A stretch of DNA of 64,000 nt from Cirrosporium novae-zelandiae. Taxonomy: Eukaryota. Positions within the stretch are counted from its first letter, which is position 1, and every line of letters starts with the position of its first letter. Where the stretch lies: NCBI GenBank assembly GCA_026023565.1, contig JAPETS010000001.1:1054001-1118000 (forward strand). Reading direction: 5' to 3'. Made by a program: the position numbers and the translations under genes. Positions 26,013 through 39,500 of this stretch are shown here, piece after piece. The notes under the pieces were generated by a model that worked only from the letters and a program-made list of their open reading frames with translations, was not told where the DNA came from and made no database searches.

Positions 26013-28294
26013 TCATATCCAATTCCCATTTTGGTATCCGGGTACCATTCCGCCCCCATTTCCACTTCCACCTCCTACTATCCTGCGGTGTTCAATTCGA
26101 CTTCTTGAATCGGCAAGAACGACCGGGCTTGGTGGGTGCATTTTTAATCCGGACATGGTTCGTTTTGGGAGGGGGGGACGGGGTCGGCTTTGAGGGTTTG
26201 GTATTGAGGGTGAAGGTTGCCTTTCTTCTTCCTCTCCTTCTTTCTTCTTTTCGGGGTAAGGTGTTGGGGGGTTTGGGAGGTCGGGATTGGAGGATTCTTG
26301 AGGCTGGGGTTTTAGTTTCGGTTTTGGCGAATCGCCAAACTTGAAACTTGGGTTCGGGAGAGGCCAATCTTTTGAAGGAGACTGGTGTAAGTGTTGGGGG
26401 TTCGTCGGGCTTTGGGGTTGGATGAAGAGGGATTCTGTATCCGAGTCTATAGAAGGCCACTCAGTTTTTGCGGGTGAGTGTGCTAGATTTCCCGACTCAA
26501 TTGGTAACTCGAGTGTTGTCGCGATTGAACTTCGTATCGTTGATGCAGAAGGGGACGCAGGCGATCCTATTACGGGAGATTCTGGGGGGTGGGAAATTTC
26601 CACGGTCCGCCGGTTTGTGTTCATCATTAATGGTAAAGGACTTCCTCGAAACGGCGGGGGTGAAAATAAAGGAACATTGACACGTTGAGATGGAGTGAGA
26701 TTGCTTAGACGAAATCCTATTTGTACTGTGGCGCTGCTGACGTCGGAGGAGTAGCGTTTGTGAGAACGGGAAAAGAGGGGCGCGGGGGGCATGAGGGGAC
26801 TGGAGGGGGCAGAAGAGATGATGGAATTATTATCCGAGTAGAAGTTTATGAGAGGTGGTGGTTCGGAGCTTTCGGTAGGAAATAGTGTATAGTTTGAAGT
26901 TTTGCGGGAGTGAATCTTTTTATGGATATTCTCGGAAATAGCAGTTGAAGGGCGTGAAAAGGTTTCGGTAATTGAGGTTTGAGGCCGTGAGATGCGCTCC
27001 ACGTCTGTTGTCGGTGTTTCTGGGGCTGGTGGAGTTGAAGGAGTTCGCGTGGTATTCCCTTGTGATGATAGATGTCGATAATCCGGCGTTACTTCTCCCC
27101 CTTTTGTAGGAACTGGGGCTTTGATAAGTTCCGCAATATCGATATTATCACCAAACCACCGTTGCTTCTTTCCTGACCATGCAGATTTGAGAGGGCGAAT
27201 AGTAGTTGACTGTGTGTTTGTGTGCAAGAAGTGATATGCGAAGCTATGAATTAGTCCTGTGAAAACAATCACAATCTCTGCAAGATGAGAAGTAGCAAGT
27301 GCGGGTTGGTCAATGACTGCTTGTATGAAGAACGGCAGCTGCAGTACCTATAATGCTGTTAGCATGAATCTACAATAACCAAGTATGCACAGGTATATCC
27401 TACCAGAGTAATAATATTGATAAGCAAATAGACCGCATTCCGACTTGCACCTATTCGCTCAGGCTCATCAAGTCTTGTATTTCTCAAGAGTCGGTTGGAA
27501 ATGATAATACCAAGGGCCAAGAAAGCGCCAATAAGAGTGGTGGCAATGATCACCCCGAGTTTCGCATAGTGTGTAACCCACCAGATTAGACTAGCTAGGC
27601 AGGTTTGTCCAGTAGGGTCGAGATTTGTTGGGATCCATACTCCAATTACGAGAAGAACGATGACGAAACAACATATAGGTGTTAGGTATTTGCTGCGATG
27701 GAAGAATTGTGCTTTCAACATCAATTGACATGCCATCTCAGTACTAAAAACGAGAGTAGTAAAATCGACTAGCCAGAGAGCTATAAAATAAAATAACATT
27801 AGTCTTGATATGATGTCATTTTAGGGTGATTACAGCTTACCAGGCCATAGTACTTGTGCTGTCTTGTTGCAATCGGTTGCCCATATCGAACCCAACCCAG
27901 ATGTTTGAATGGTGATGATAATGATCATTTGGATGCTGATAGCTGTACATAGGGCCAGAGGGAGAACATCAGCGGGATAAATGCTATTGATAATCGTGGC
28001 TATTGGGTTATTGCCCAAAGGCTGTTGTGGAACCTTTGTGGAATATGTCTCAGGATCCCGCTTCGGGTTCGTTGACCTCCAGGCTCTGTGCAGGATCTTG
28101 AAAACAGTCACTGAAGTTGCAACGAGACTGAAGCTAGCTATAACGATCAACGCGGTCCGCACAGTTCGATTATTTGAAAGCACGAGACTTTGGATAACTT
28201 CATTCGTCCATGCGTTGCCTCTAGTATTGGTTTGGTTAGAATCAGTCTGATCTGTCTCCCCAACGGACATCAAGCCCAAGCCCAACTCTGACAT
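26013..28294 (-). CDS. Orphan seven-transmembrane protein with long Ser/Pro-rich C-terminal tail; exons 28294-27841, 27780-27404, 27347-26013
   Basis: Three ORFs joined in frame by canonical GT-AG introns; seven hydrophobic segments counted by eye. Confidence 0.75.
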
Positions 28295-29514
28295 CGTTGT
28301 TCAGATGGGGATGTGCTTGACTTAAAGGAAAGACCAAAGAGAGAAGAATCAATTGAGAAGGCGAGATTATACTCCAAACATGTTCTCTAGCCTCGTTTCG
28401 TACCCTCTAAGACGTCAAAGCAAGAAAGATCAGATGGGTAGATCAGAGGTGACAAACGAGGAGAAAGACGGTATAAGGACAATAGACATTAAATATGAGT
28501 AGGAATGAAGCAGTTGCTATATGGAATGACATAGAGCTATAAGGGAGAGGAAAGCATGAAAGAGGCGAGCGGCTCGAGACAAGGCCGGAACGGAAGATGT
28601 CGAATCCAGGCATGGCCATAGTCAGATAATTGCCTTGTAAGTTCAAATAGCTGGCGCAATGGCTGGGAAAAGCCGTCATGGGCTCATGGGAGGCTCAGTT
28701 GGTGGGTCAGAAGATAGTTCTTGGGATCTTTTTGAATTTTCTGCAGAGTTTTGACAGTGTAGCATCTTATCTGAAGTTGACACATCTAGGCGTAGTTCAA
28801 TAGGTAGTGAATTCTTATAAGATGTAATTCTTAATGCAGGAGGAGTAGATCTTAATGCAGAGCATGGAAGGACAGTGGGGCAGAAGCATCGAAGCGCACA
28901 GGTATCCATGGGCCAGTGTTAGCGACGCGACTACTCTTCTCTGAAACTTGGTTGATACCATGACGGTACAATCGTTATGCATTCATATAACATTAGTATG
29001 CCAAGTATAATTACTAAAAAAAGGGCGAATAACTTGAATAACCTAGGATAACTTGGATAGCTTGGCACGTGTTTGGATAACTTGGATGCCAAAGCCGAGC
29101 ATTGACCGATGGTTTGGGGCAGAAATGACCCCTGGAAATAACTTTAGAATATTCCTTAGAACCCGTAACAAATTCACACAAATTAGCTAGGTTTTCCCAG
29201 CTCGCCAATATACTTTCCAGCCCACCACCAAAGTGGCAGCGTTATCCTATAAAGACCTTCCTTCCACCTCTGCTCATCCCATTCCTCGATACTTTACTTC
29301 CCTTTTCAAAATGCCTACGGAACCAAGGCAGTGCACTTGATTATTAAACAGTTCGAATATCATACGATTTTGATATCCATAAAATTTGATTTTGAGACCA
29401 CTACCCCGGTAAACACAATAATTTGCTATTTTTCCAGCCACCAGTGAATTACATGGTAACTAAATTAAATCCCATGATCCATGCCCATATCCCAACTCTC
29501 CGTTCAAAAATGAT

Positions 29515-31012
29515 TTATTTCTCCTCACGCTGACCGTACGCCTTAGTGGCGTAGTCACCCTTGTGAACAATCAAGTCCTCTGGGCGGTAGTCATGTTTGC
29601 CGCTGAAATAGGAGGCCAAGATATTCTTGGTGCCCAATGCATAACGCTTCTGGGCATCTAGAGAAGTTCCCGACATGTGAGGAACCATGGCATTCCCACC
29701 ACCGAAGGGGTTCTTGGCAGTTCGTAGAGGATGCTCCTTAGGAGCGGGTTGTGGGAACCAGACATCACCACCATATCCACGGAGGTGACCAGACTTTAGG
29801 GCAGCAGCGACATCTTCCTTCACAACAATAGCACCGCGAGCGGTGTTGACCAGCCAGGAACCTATGATATAATATTAGTAAGCAAGTCTTAACGTGAAAA
29901 CCTGTTGTTAAATACCTGGCTTCATCTTGGCAATGAGATCCTTGTTGAACAATCCTCGAGTCTTCTCGTGAAGTGGGCAGTTGATAGTAACGACATCACA
30001 CTGTCCGAGCATTTCCTCGAGGCTGTCAACACGGCGGCATCCGATTTCTTTCTCGGCTTCGGGCTTAAGAGGCTGGTAGTCGAAGTATAGAAGCTCCTTG
30101 CAATCGAAAGGCTTCAACCTTCTAAGAACACGCTCGCCAATTCGGCCAACAGCAACAGTTCCGACAACCTTGCCTTCAAGGTCATATTCATTCTTTGCGA
30201 CCTCGGCAACATCCCAGTCACCACGTTCAATTTGTTCATGGGCAGGGACGAAGTTACGGACGAGGGTAAGAATGGTCATGACAACATGTTCGGCGACGGA
30301 AACAACGTTGGAGCCAGTAACTTCAGCGACGGTGACACCACCATTGGTCTTGTTGGCAGCGTTGAGGTCAACATGATCAGAACCAATACCAGCAGTAATA
30401 GCTAGCTTGAGCTTCTTGGCTTTAGCCAGACGCTCGGCAGTGAGGTATCCTGGATGAAATCTGCAATGGAAAGGCTTATATTAGTGGAGTTGTTAGTGAG
30501 AGGGGGGGGGGAGGTTCTGCTGGACTGGGGCGAGCTGATAGGTAAGGTTGAATAAGATGGGAAAACCGGATAATCACGGTGTAGATGGTGTAAACGTGGT
30601 ATATGGAACATACGGTGTAGTAATGATAACTTCAGCATCGACCAATTCTTTGTCGAAAGTGGAAGCTTCACCCTCCTTGTCAGAGGTGGTCACCAAGGTA
30701 TGGCCTTGGTCCTCGAGCCATTTTCGGAGACCGAGCTCGTTCTCGGTAGTGCCTAGGAGCTCAGGTACCTGCTTGGCATGTTCATGGCCCTATTATGGAT
30801 GTTAATTGATTTATCAATAACTTAATTAAGAAATTAAGGGAACTTACATCGTATAAAACTAGCAATACTTTGGACTGGAGTGCGGATGAGGCTGTCAGCG
30901 TTCGTCTCTGCAGCATGCTTGCCCCGCATGATGTCACTGGGGAGAGTGTCTTGGCAGAAAGAACAGAAGAAACTGGCCGTGAGAGGCGGGAAATAGAGCG
31001 AAGAAATACCAT
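29515..31012 (-). CDS. FDH1: NAD-dependent formate dehydrogenase; introns 30790-30847, 30461-30613, 29862-29915 plus optional in-frame intron 30875-31009
   Basis: [68 protein letters not shown]. Confidence 0.96.
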
Positions 31013-31087
31013 TTTGAATGGGAGAGTGGAGTCTTAATCCTTCTAATTGACGAAGTAATAATGCCACTGATGGGTACACCAAGTGAG

Positions 31088-31096
31088 ATATATATA
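31088..31096 (-). promoter_or_regulatory. Probable TATA box of FDH1
   Basis: TATATATAT about 80 nt upstream of the ATG. Confidence 0.55.
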
Positions 31097-34000
31097 GTCG
31101 GTAAAGCTAGGTGGATAGATCGGATAGGAAGGAGTTGGACGAGGCGTCTTCTAGGACCCCCGAGGAGTTAGCGTGGGCATAACTTCATAATCAAGACGCA
31201 GGTGCAGTTAGTTGCATGGGACAGGAGTTCGAGGAGAGGGGGTGAATCGCAGTATAGCTACCCAGGTATGTAGGTAGTGTATAGATACATGCTACAATGT
31301 ACCTAGATAACACAAAGGGGAAATAATATCACCCCCGCTATTCGGTGATAATTGCCGGAAGGAGTGGGACTAACCAGGGAGATGCTTGAATATCAAACAA
31401 AAATCAAAGAGCTTCACTACAGCTGCAAACTTGCCCTCAAAATGCCTTTTTAAAGATTTAGTAAAGATTTGGATTGATTCAACCTGGTTGATTCAAACAA
31501 CTTGTATTGATGATAGAAAAATCTACCCAAGGAAGAGGCAATTGATTCTATTTATCTTGCTCCTGTCCCAGGAAATGCCCCCTCACTGATGTACGTTCCA
31601 GAGGGTGCATTACCCCGCTCTCGAGGGATCCATCTATCTAGAAGAGGAAAGTCTGACATGTCCCACCTTGGCTCATCAATCCCATCTTCGAGTTAAAATT
31701 CAAAATCACAACTACCGCGTTGTACGAGCAATCACTTGGACCTTTGTTTTCTGTCTTGGTGGGTCTGAACTCTGTCAATATCCTATGTTTGATACGGACT
31801 GGACCCGTCTGGGCAAGGCCATGGCATAGGAGCCCCTCAGTAACTATTTACAAATCTTCCGTTTCTCCATCCATGTCCGTGAGCTGTCTGATGTGGTGGA
31901 GGTTGGGGCCGTGTAATGTAATAATTATGAATATCGGAACCGCAACTTCAATCCACAAATTAGACTGTGTAATAAAGAACGTCACTTATAGGAAGCACCC
32001 AACTTATCATTAAGCATATTGGATTTGCATCGGAGGTAATCAATCCCAGGTTCAGTTGCAGCCTTAGAAGGTTCGCTCTATTCTATCACAGGACGTAGTC
32101 TGCAGAAATGTCTAAGACTATGGGCTCTCCGGGTTCAGCTATAAGACAAGCATACATGGGCGTCCATTACATCGGCCATAAAATGCGGAGAGCCTAGTGG
32201 AATCTTGTTGTGGATGTCGTTTCCATCCTTCCGGATATCTAGACTGTACCAGGATCTGGAAAACACAAAGAAATAAAGATCAAAGTCTGTTTGATGCAGA
32301 TGACCGTAGGAGGCGTAATTGTCCGTTGTTGGTAACATTCAAACGTTGAAGAATATATCCTTAGCGAGCTTGGTGTCACGAAATGTCCGAAAAATCCGGA
32401 GAAAATATCGGAGAAAACATCGGAGAACGTCTCGTGAGACGCTGACATAACCAGAACTGCCTCGAACCGAACATTCTGCTCTCCACCTCCATCCAAATAT
32501 CTTGTTCTGGAGGTTTGAAAATTCAAACCATTCTCGATCCTCCTTAACTTATGAACCAAATATCAGCCTCCGCCCAGTCAACCATAATTGTGTTGCATCT
32601 CCGCGGAGCCGAATCTTGATATCCTATCGAAGTAGTTTATTCATCCACAATTGTAGAGCCACGGCGATAGTCTCGGAGTTGCTGTGAAAGTAACGCTTGA
32701 CTCGATGGCACAACCCTTTTTAAATAAAACACCAGCAACACTCCAGGAAAAATATGATATAACATTGGAAAACATTTCGGAATATTTGTCCTAAATGCAA
32801 TACTAACCACTTTGAAGATATCAGCTTATCGTATAGGACATTCGTGGTTTTAACCCATTGTTTCATTTGATGCATCTTGTCGGTACAGGTTTATATCCAT
32901 ATGGATTTTAATATCCAAATCAACGATTGCAAGCGTGGAAACAAAAAATATGCTGCCATGAGGTCATCTCTGAGACCTTTAAATCAAAGTATACTTCACT
33001 GGATGGATAATGCCCTTCTTTTCTATTGGCGTCTTCTAATATATCTTAAAGCCTAGCTGCTGGAGGAACCTTCAGCGCGGTATTCTTCAGTCTTATATTT
33101 TTACCTGACAAAATTCAATTGAAATGACATCACATCTCAGTGCTTGATCTTCTAGTTCATGGTTTCTGCTTCGATGATATTGTATTGTCCATATCGATGT
33201 CATCAAAGGCAAATTCAAAGTCCTCAAACTCTAGATCATCACAGTCGTGTGCCATTTCATGCTTAAATCCCCAGGACTAGCAAATTTATTATGCGGCAAT
33301 CCGACCACAGATTCGACCGACAGTTAGGGAATTCTCGTCCTAATTATGTTAACATCGAAGGTATGTGATATCAGGGCCCGCAAACACTAACTTCCTTCCA
33401 GGCAACCGGTGGAGATGATAAACGACCATTTCGCCAAAGTGCTTCGAGAATTGGATATGTAGAAGCCTAGAATCGTTAAAAGATAATTTTGGGTATAGTC
33501 ATTACTCTAATGGCTCACGGCCATGTAACAGACTGTTTAGGGACAGTAGATTTCTATTGATTAACCACGGCTCCTGTATCGAATTTGTAGGACTCTTCCA
33601 TTTGCTCTACCTGGCCTTCCTTGTAGCTAGACTGGAGAAGAGAATGATACCAAAATTTTTCTTCCTGGTTGCTTCGATAAATCTGCCGGTCTGATGTAGC
33701 TGAGAAAGGGAAGTCATAATCTTTAAAGAATCAATGGGTTCCAAGATCGTTGATTCGGATCCCAAGCCATTTCCTTGCCATGGTCGGCTATAACCCTCCT
33801 TGAGGGTGTGATTTTGATGAGGTACTGGTAAAGGACTGGTTTGGATAGATAAGAATCAAAGTGAGGGGGTTAGAAGATTCATTAACTTTGTAGCTAAAAG
33901 TTTGAAAGCAAATAAGTAACCTTCAAATTGACGATGATTGCACGAACCCCTGACAAGACAAATTCGAGGGAAAAAATTGCTGTAGGGTAGGTAGAACGTA

Positions 34001-35010
34001 CCTTATCCACTATAACTTGGAAGAGCTCTTATTAATACTTCGGAAGTAATGGGATCAATAAGCAGTCAAAAAAATGCTAGTGAAATGTGAAAATAATTGA
34101 ATAATTGGGGAAAATAGTGAGGAAGCAATGTCAGAGGTAAAACTATGGGCTTCTTTGGTAAAATTTAATCCTGTGGGGAAATAAGAATACTTTCCTAGGA
34201 TCTAACAAATTGAGAAAGGTCCCTGAATAGGGTTGAAACCAATGGAATATCTGGTGGGAACTCTTACTTGGGCTGCAGAAGTTACTGAAATTGTTGTTAG
34301 AGACTCTCCCTGTTCAGAATCAATTTTTGTGCTGCTGCATGCTTGACCATAGATTCATCATGACTATCGAATAACCGATCCTTCATTTCAAGAGCCGTGA
34401 TGAAAGATAAGAGGTTGCAAGACTTCGGAATACTTTTGACGGAGCTGGAATCAAAGAGTTGTTTCGGCTTTTAGGATGTATAAAATGATGAAGTGGAGAG
34501 TTGAAGTTTGAAAAACTAACACGGGATGATAACCAAGACTATTTTGTTCTGCTGTCCCTGGCCTGGTTTAATCGAATCTCATTTAAGATCAACACGCTAA
34601 TGCACTGCAGCAAGATAGAACCTTATATACCGCATAGCGGCATCTTATTAACCGTATGTTGCGCATATGAAAATTCAAGCTGTTAGACGCTCTCACATGG
34701 TAGTTTGTATCTGGGCATGGCTGAAAACTTGTCTCTAAGCACTAGTACGGACCATCTGACAAAGAAAAAGGCTGCAGTTTCCAGCCTACTAAAGACATGG
34801 ACGCAAATATGTCTTAAGGAAGAAAATGTGACACCTGAAGTTGTAGATAAAAACCGAATCTGCTTAGAAAGACTAACATTTCAATGTTATAAATGATAAT
34901 AAACCCCAAATGGCTCAAATTCTAGCCCAAGCGACCAGACACCAAATCAATATTTAAGGCTAACCCAAACGCCCTTTCAATGGCATGCCAACCATTGCTA
35001 ATGCATCAAC

Positions 35011-35668
35011 TTAGGTATGCCCATCGTTACTATCTTCATCCTCACTATCATCCCGGAATCCCTCTTCGAGATCCCTGCTTAAGCGTCTCTCATCTTCGAC
35101 CGCATTGCTTCTTCGTCGTTCTAATGCTTCTCTTCTCCTTTCATCCACATCAAAGCCAATCATACCTTCCCCCTCTTCTTCATCAAACAGACTTCCCTCG
35201 ATCTCTCCCCTAGCGTAGCGGCAGTCCTCCATCATTCTATTACGCCATGATGAGGGTAGGAGGATTCTCATAAACGCATTAGAGACGCGATCACGGATAG
35301 TGGAGGTATGCTCTGATATTGTAGTAAGAGGAAGGTACTGGGCATAACGTTGACGATAGCGGCGGAAGAATGGTAGGATGATAAATGTGATGGTAGCATA
35401 GAGGACGAGAGATATTAAAGCAGGAATGAGAACAGTCTGAATCGAGTAAGTTAGTTTGCGCCCTCAAATATCTTTACCGTCTTGAGAAGCCCATGGCTTT
35501 TTACAAGGCAATAGCCAATTCAAAACATACTTTCAAGACACCGAAAAAGGCCCCCATGGTCCCGGATTTGCCTTGGTTGGAATCTGGCGTTTTCGGAGGA
35601 GCATTATTATGAGGTAAACTGCCAGGCAATGAGCGCAGCCCAAGATAGGGAAAAGCGGAGTTAGACAT
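35011..35668 (-). CDS. Small single-pass membrane protein, conserved-hypothetical type; intron 35437-35530; start uncertain (35668 or 35557)
   Basis: MGAFFGVLK joined to TVLIPALISLVLYATITFIILPFFRRYRQRYAQYLPL, ending RRLSRDLEEGFRDDSEDED; gtatgt...ctaac...cag intron. Confidence 0.75.
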
Positions 35669-36164
35669 TAGAAACAGTAAATGGGAGTGGACGAACTTTG
35701 TGTATATTCAAACCGTCCGCATTTCAAGAGCAGAGGTTAAGATGAGAGTCTTGTACATAGCAATTTCCTTGGATTTAAAATAAGTTTTGCAATCCAACGT
35801 TCCTGCCGGATGTAAGTGCAAGTAAAGATATGTTTAGTATGTAAGAAAAGGCGTTAGATGGCATTTCTGCTGACAGGTTCGGCTGTTCCCTTGCATCAGA
35901 GCGACCATGGGATGATGGATGGCAGCAAGTGACTGACTGACTTGAAAGTTAACTGGGCGATACGATAGGCAGAACATGGGAAGGCCACGCTAATCCTATT
36001 TCAATCCACTTTTTTCCCCGTCAGGGGTCTCCATTCACGACCAGGACAGGACAGGACCCCATGGACGACGTCTCATCAAGCGGTCCATCTCTAAACCGAT
36101 AGAGCCGCCCAAAACCCCAAAACTCGTTTGAAGATCACTTAATTACCATTAGCCCTCTCCCTTT

Positions 36165-36186
36165 CCCCCCCCCCCCCCCCCCCCCC
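36165..36186. repeat. C22 homopolymer upstream of the formin gene
   Basis: 22 consecutive C. Confidence 0.9.
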
Positions 36187-36569
36187 ACGGCTTTTGGTGG
36201 TCATTTCGCGAATTTACTTACCAGTCCTATCTCCATCTCATCAACTTCAACTAAAAAAAGTGTTAAAAATCCCTTTTGCTAGCTTACGCACTTTCGCCAT
36301 TTGCCGCCATTGTGAATGGACCCGCCGACTAGTCCTAAAGCACTAGCGACTCTATCAAACCCGGCAGTCCAGACTCAACCCCAACACTGTCAAGGCTGTT
36401 TGGCTCTCCATGGTTCTATTTAGACGAGGAAGGGAGTTTCGGAGTATAAGTGAAGGCTGAGGATTTCTTTGAATAGGAGGATAACTTCAACACCTAAGCC
36501 CCGCAAGTGATTTACCGCCGTCTGCGAACGTGAACCCAACAACAACGCTCCACCCGGTGGGCAGTCCCG

Positions 36570-39500
36570 ATGGACAGCAAGACAAGGCAGTCCTCAGGAG
36601 GAAAATCATTTTTTGGTAGGAAATTGCACAAAGAGAAGGTTGTGGATGTTCATGATGGAAGGTTGGGACCAAATTCTACAAGTCCAGTCGGAAGTACAGC
36701 AGGCTCTCGATCATCGAGACATTCACATAGAGCGTCTACAACATCGGTAGACTTGAGTCTTGGAGACCCCGCAAATCTTTTGGTCACATCAATAGCCTAC
36801 GACAACGTGTCAAATGATGGCAAAACGCCTATTCCGGTGGAATATCTTCCTAAAAATGCCCAAGACGCTCGCGGTGAACCAATGCCACATCATTACAATA
36901 AGAACGGTGCCGAATTCCATCAATATCCAGCCTGGAACCCCCAAAGCCAAAACAATAACAACACTCATGTTCCAGGACCAAGGCCATCTCCAGGAACAAA
37001 TATAACCATGGCTGGAAGTAATAGTGGTGACCGAGGCGCAAGATTACAACAATGGGGTCGCTCCGGAAGTTCTGCCAGCAATTACCATGGAACTGGAAAT
37101 TATAATTCATATTCTACAGCTGATTCGTCAACGAATCCACGTCTATCATTTGATCAACAGAGTATTGCTTCTACAATGTCTTCGCAAACACGAGGGTCTA
37201 GTATTTTCTCTTCCGATAATTCGTCGAGAACTCTTGCGCCCTCACCAACATTTGAAAATAAAAATATCTCCTCCCCATCGTCTTCATCCGGCCGTCATCA
37301 GCAATACTTGCACAATGGCTGGCCAACTGCTCCACCAACCACATTCAACTCGACCACTTCATTCACTCCTGAAGGGTTTAATCTCCAGAAGCCGTCAGAT
37401 GATCGTGTCATCAATGAACAGTTTCTTGCTCTTATGGCCAAGAGAGGTTGGGCCAACCTCCCCGAGCAAGCAAGACGGCAGATGTCAGCTTATCCCGCAT
37501 CAAAGAAGTGGACCTTAGTATATCAGGACAGGTTAGCGGAATGGCAAGGGGAACAGAAACGGCGACAGCATGCAAGGCAAACATACGGCCAAGCAAATGG
37601 GCATGCAGGAATTCTAGCAAGAGCAGATGAGGAAGGAAGCCCCGAGTGGTATGTTAAGCTTATTCACGACGAATCGATCACATCAAAGCAACTTCAGAGC
37701 TTGAGTGTTAGTTTAAGAACTCAGCCTATCAACTGGGTGAAATCGTTTGTTGAAGCGCAAGGTCAAGTTGCTTTGACGAATGTTCTCATGAAACTCAACC
37801 GCCGCCAAGCATCTGGTCCTGCCCCAGCATCTAGCAATTCAAGCGACAAAGACTTGGATCGTGAATATGATATAGTCAAATGTCTCAAAGCCCTGATGAA
37901 CAACAACTGGGGTGCCAACGATGCTTTAGCACACCAACAAGTGATTGTGTCTTTGGCTACATCTTTAATATCGCCTCGTTTGACAACGCGAAAACTTGTC
38001 AGCGATGTCTTGACATTTTTAGCCCATTGGGGCGAAGGCCAGGGGCACTTGAAGGTTTTGCAGGCGATGGATCATGTCAAGAGTGTTCAGGGAGAGAATG
38101 GTCGATTCGATGCTTGGATGCGTATCGTCGAGGTTACAGTAGATGGCCGGGGTAAAATGGGGAGCTTGGTGGGTGCTAGCGAAGAACTCCGGAGTGGGGG
38201 GATTGGAATGGAAAACCTCCTTATGGAATATGCTTTGGCATCCCTATTCTTGGTCAACATGATTATAGACGCCCCGGAACGAGATCTGCAGCTACGATGC
38301 CATATCCGGGCCCAATTTATATCATGTGGGATCAAACGTATACTGACGAAGATGGAAGCGTTCCAATATGATCCAATTGACAAGCAAATTGAACGTTATC
38401 GGGAAAACGAGGCTATTGATTACGAAGATCTCCTCCAGCGTGAGAACAGCAGCATCAAGGATAGCATTGAAGGAGAAGTCAAAGACCTCAATGACCCTGC
38501 CCAGATAGTCGATGCCATCATGACAAAAATCCAAGGCAGTAGGTCGCAAGATTATTTCCTATCTGCTATGCAGCACTTGCTCCTGATCCGGGATAATGAC
38601 GGAGAAGATCGATTAAGAATGTTCCAATTGGTTGACGCAATGCTTAGCTATGTTGCAATGGATCGCAGACTCCCTGACCTAGATTTGAAGCAAAGTTTGA
38701 ATTTCACTGTACAAAGCCTTTTGGACAAACTACATACAGATTCAGAAGCTCGACAAGCCCTCGATGAAGCCACCGAGGCTCGGCGAATTGCCGATTCGGC
38801 AATGGCCGAACGGGATGAAATGAGAGCCCAGGTTGAATTAGGTGCGGATGGTCTTGTTAGCAAGCTCAAGAAACAATTGGATGAACAAGCCAATATCATT
38901 GAACTCCAGAATCGACAAAACGATGCTCTCAAGGCTGAGCTGGCAGAAATGCAACGAGTCCGAGCCCAGGAACTTCAGCGAAATGAGCTGGAAACCCGTG
39001 AATTATATCTTATGCTTCGGGATGCTCAAGATGTTGCTGCTTCCCATGCTAATAAACGCGGCCAAGAAGGGCTAGCTGTTTCGGATCCAGCACAAATGAA
39101 GGGAATTCTTGATCGGCAAAAGTTGATGGAGAGACTCGAAATGCAATTGGAACGGGCAAAAACTCAATGCAAGTTAGAGGGCAAAGTTTGGCAACAGGCT
39201 GGCCCCTCGGATCGACTACGTGAATTGCGGGAACAAATGGATGGGAATGAACAGGAGCTCGAGTTTGAGGAAATTACTCGGCGAAATCTTGTTACCAGCA
39301 CCCTTGGCAGCGTCTCTCGTCCGACTCGTGGACCTCGAAGAGCTGCGGCTGATACCTTAGATGATAACGAAGGAGAGGAAGAAAGTGTTCTCTATGAGAA
39401 ACCCCGCATCGTCGAAATAGGTAAACGGCCACGAATGAACCCAGAGCAGGCAACGGGTCTCCTTGGAGAGATTGCATCTAAGATCAAGAAATATGATGCT

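Noticed and set aside
30461..30613. 153-nt (3n) FDH1 intron as a second retained coding intron
   Set aside because: Contains an in-frame TGA.
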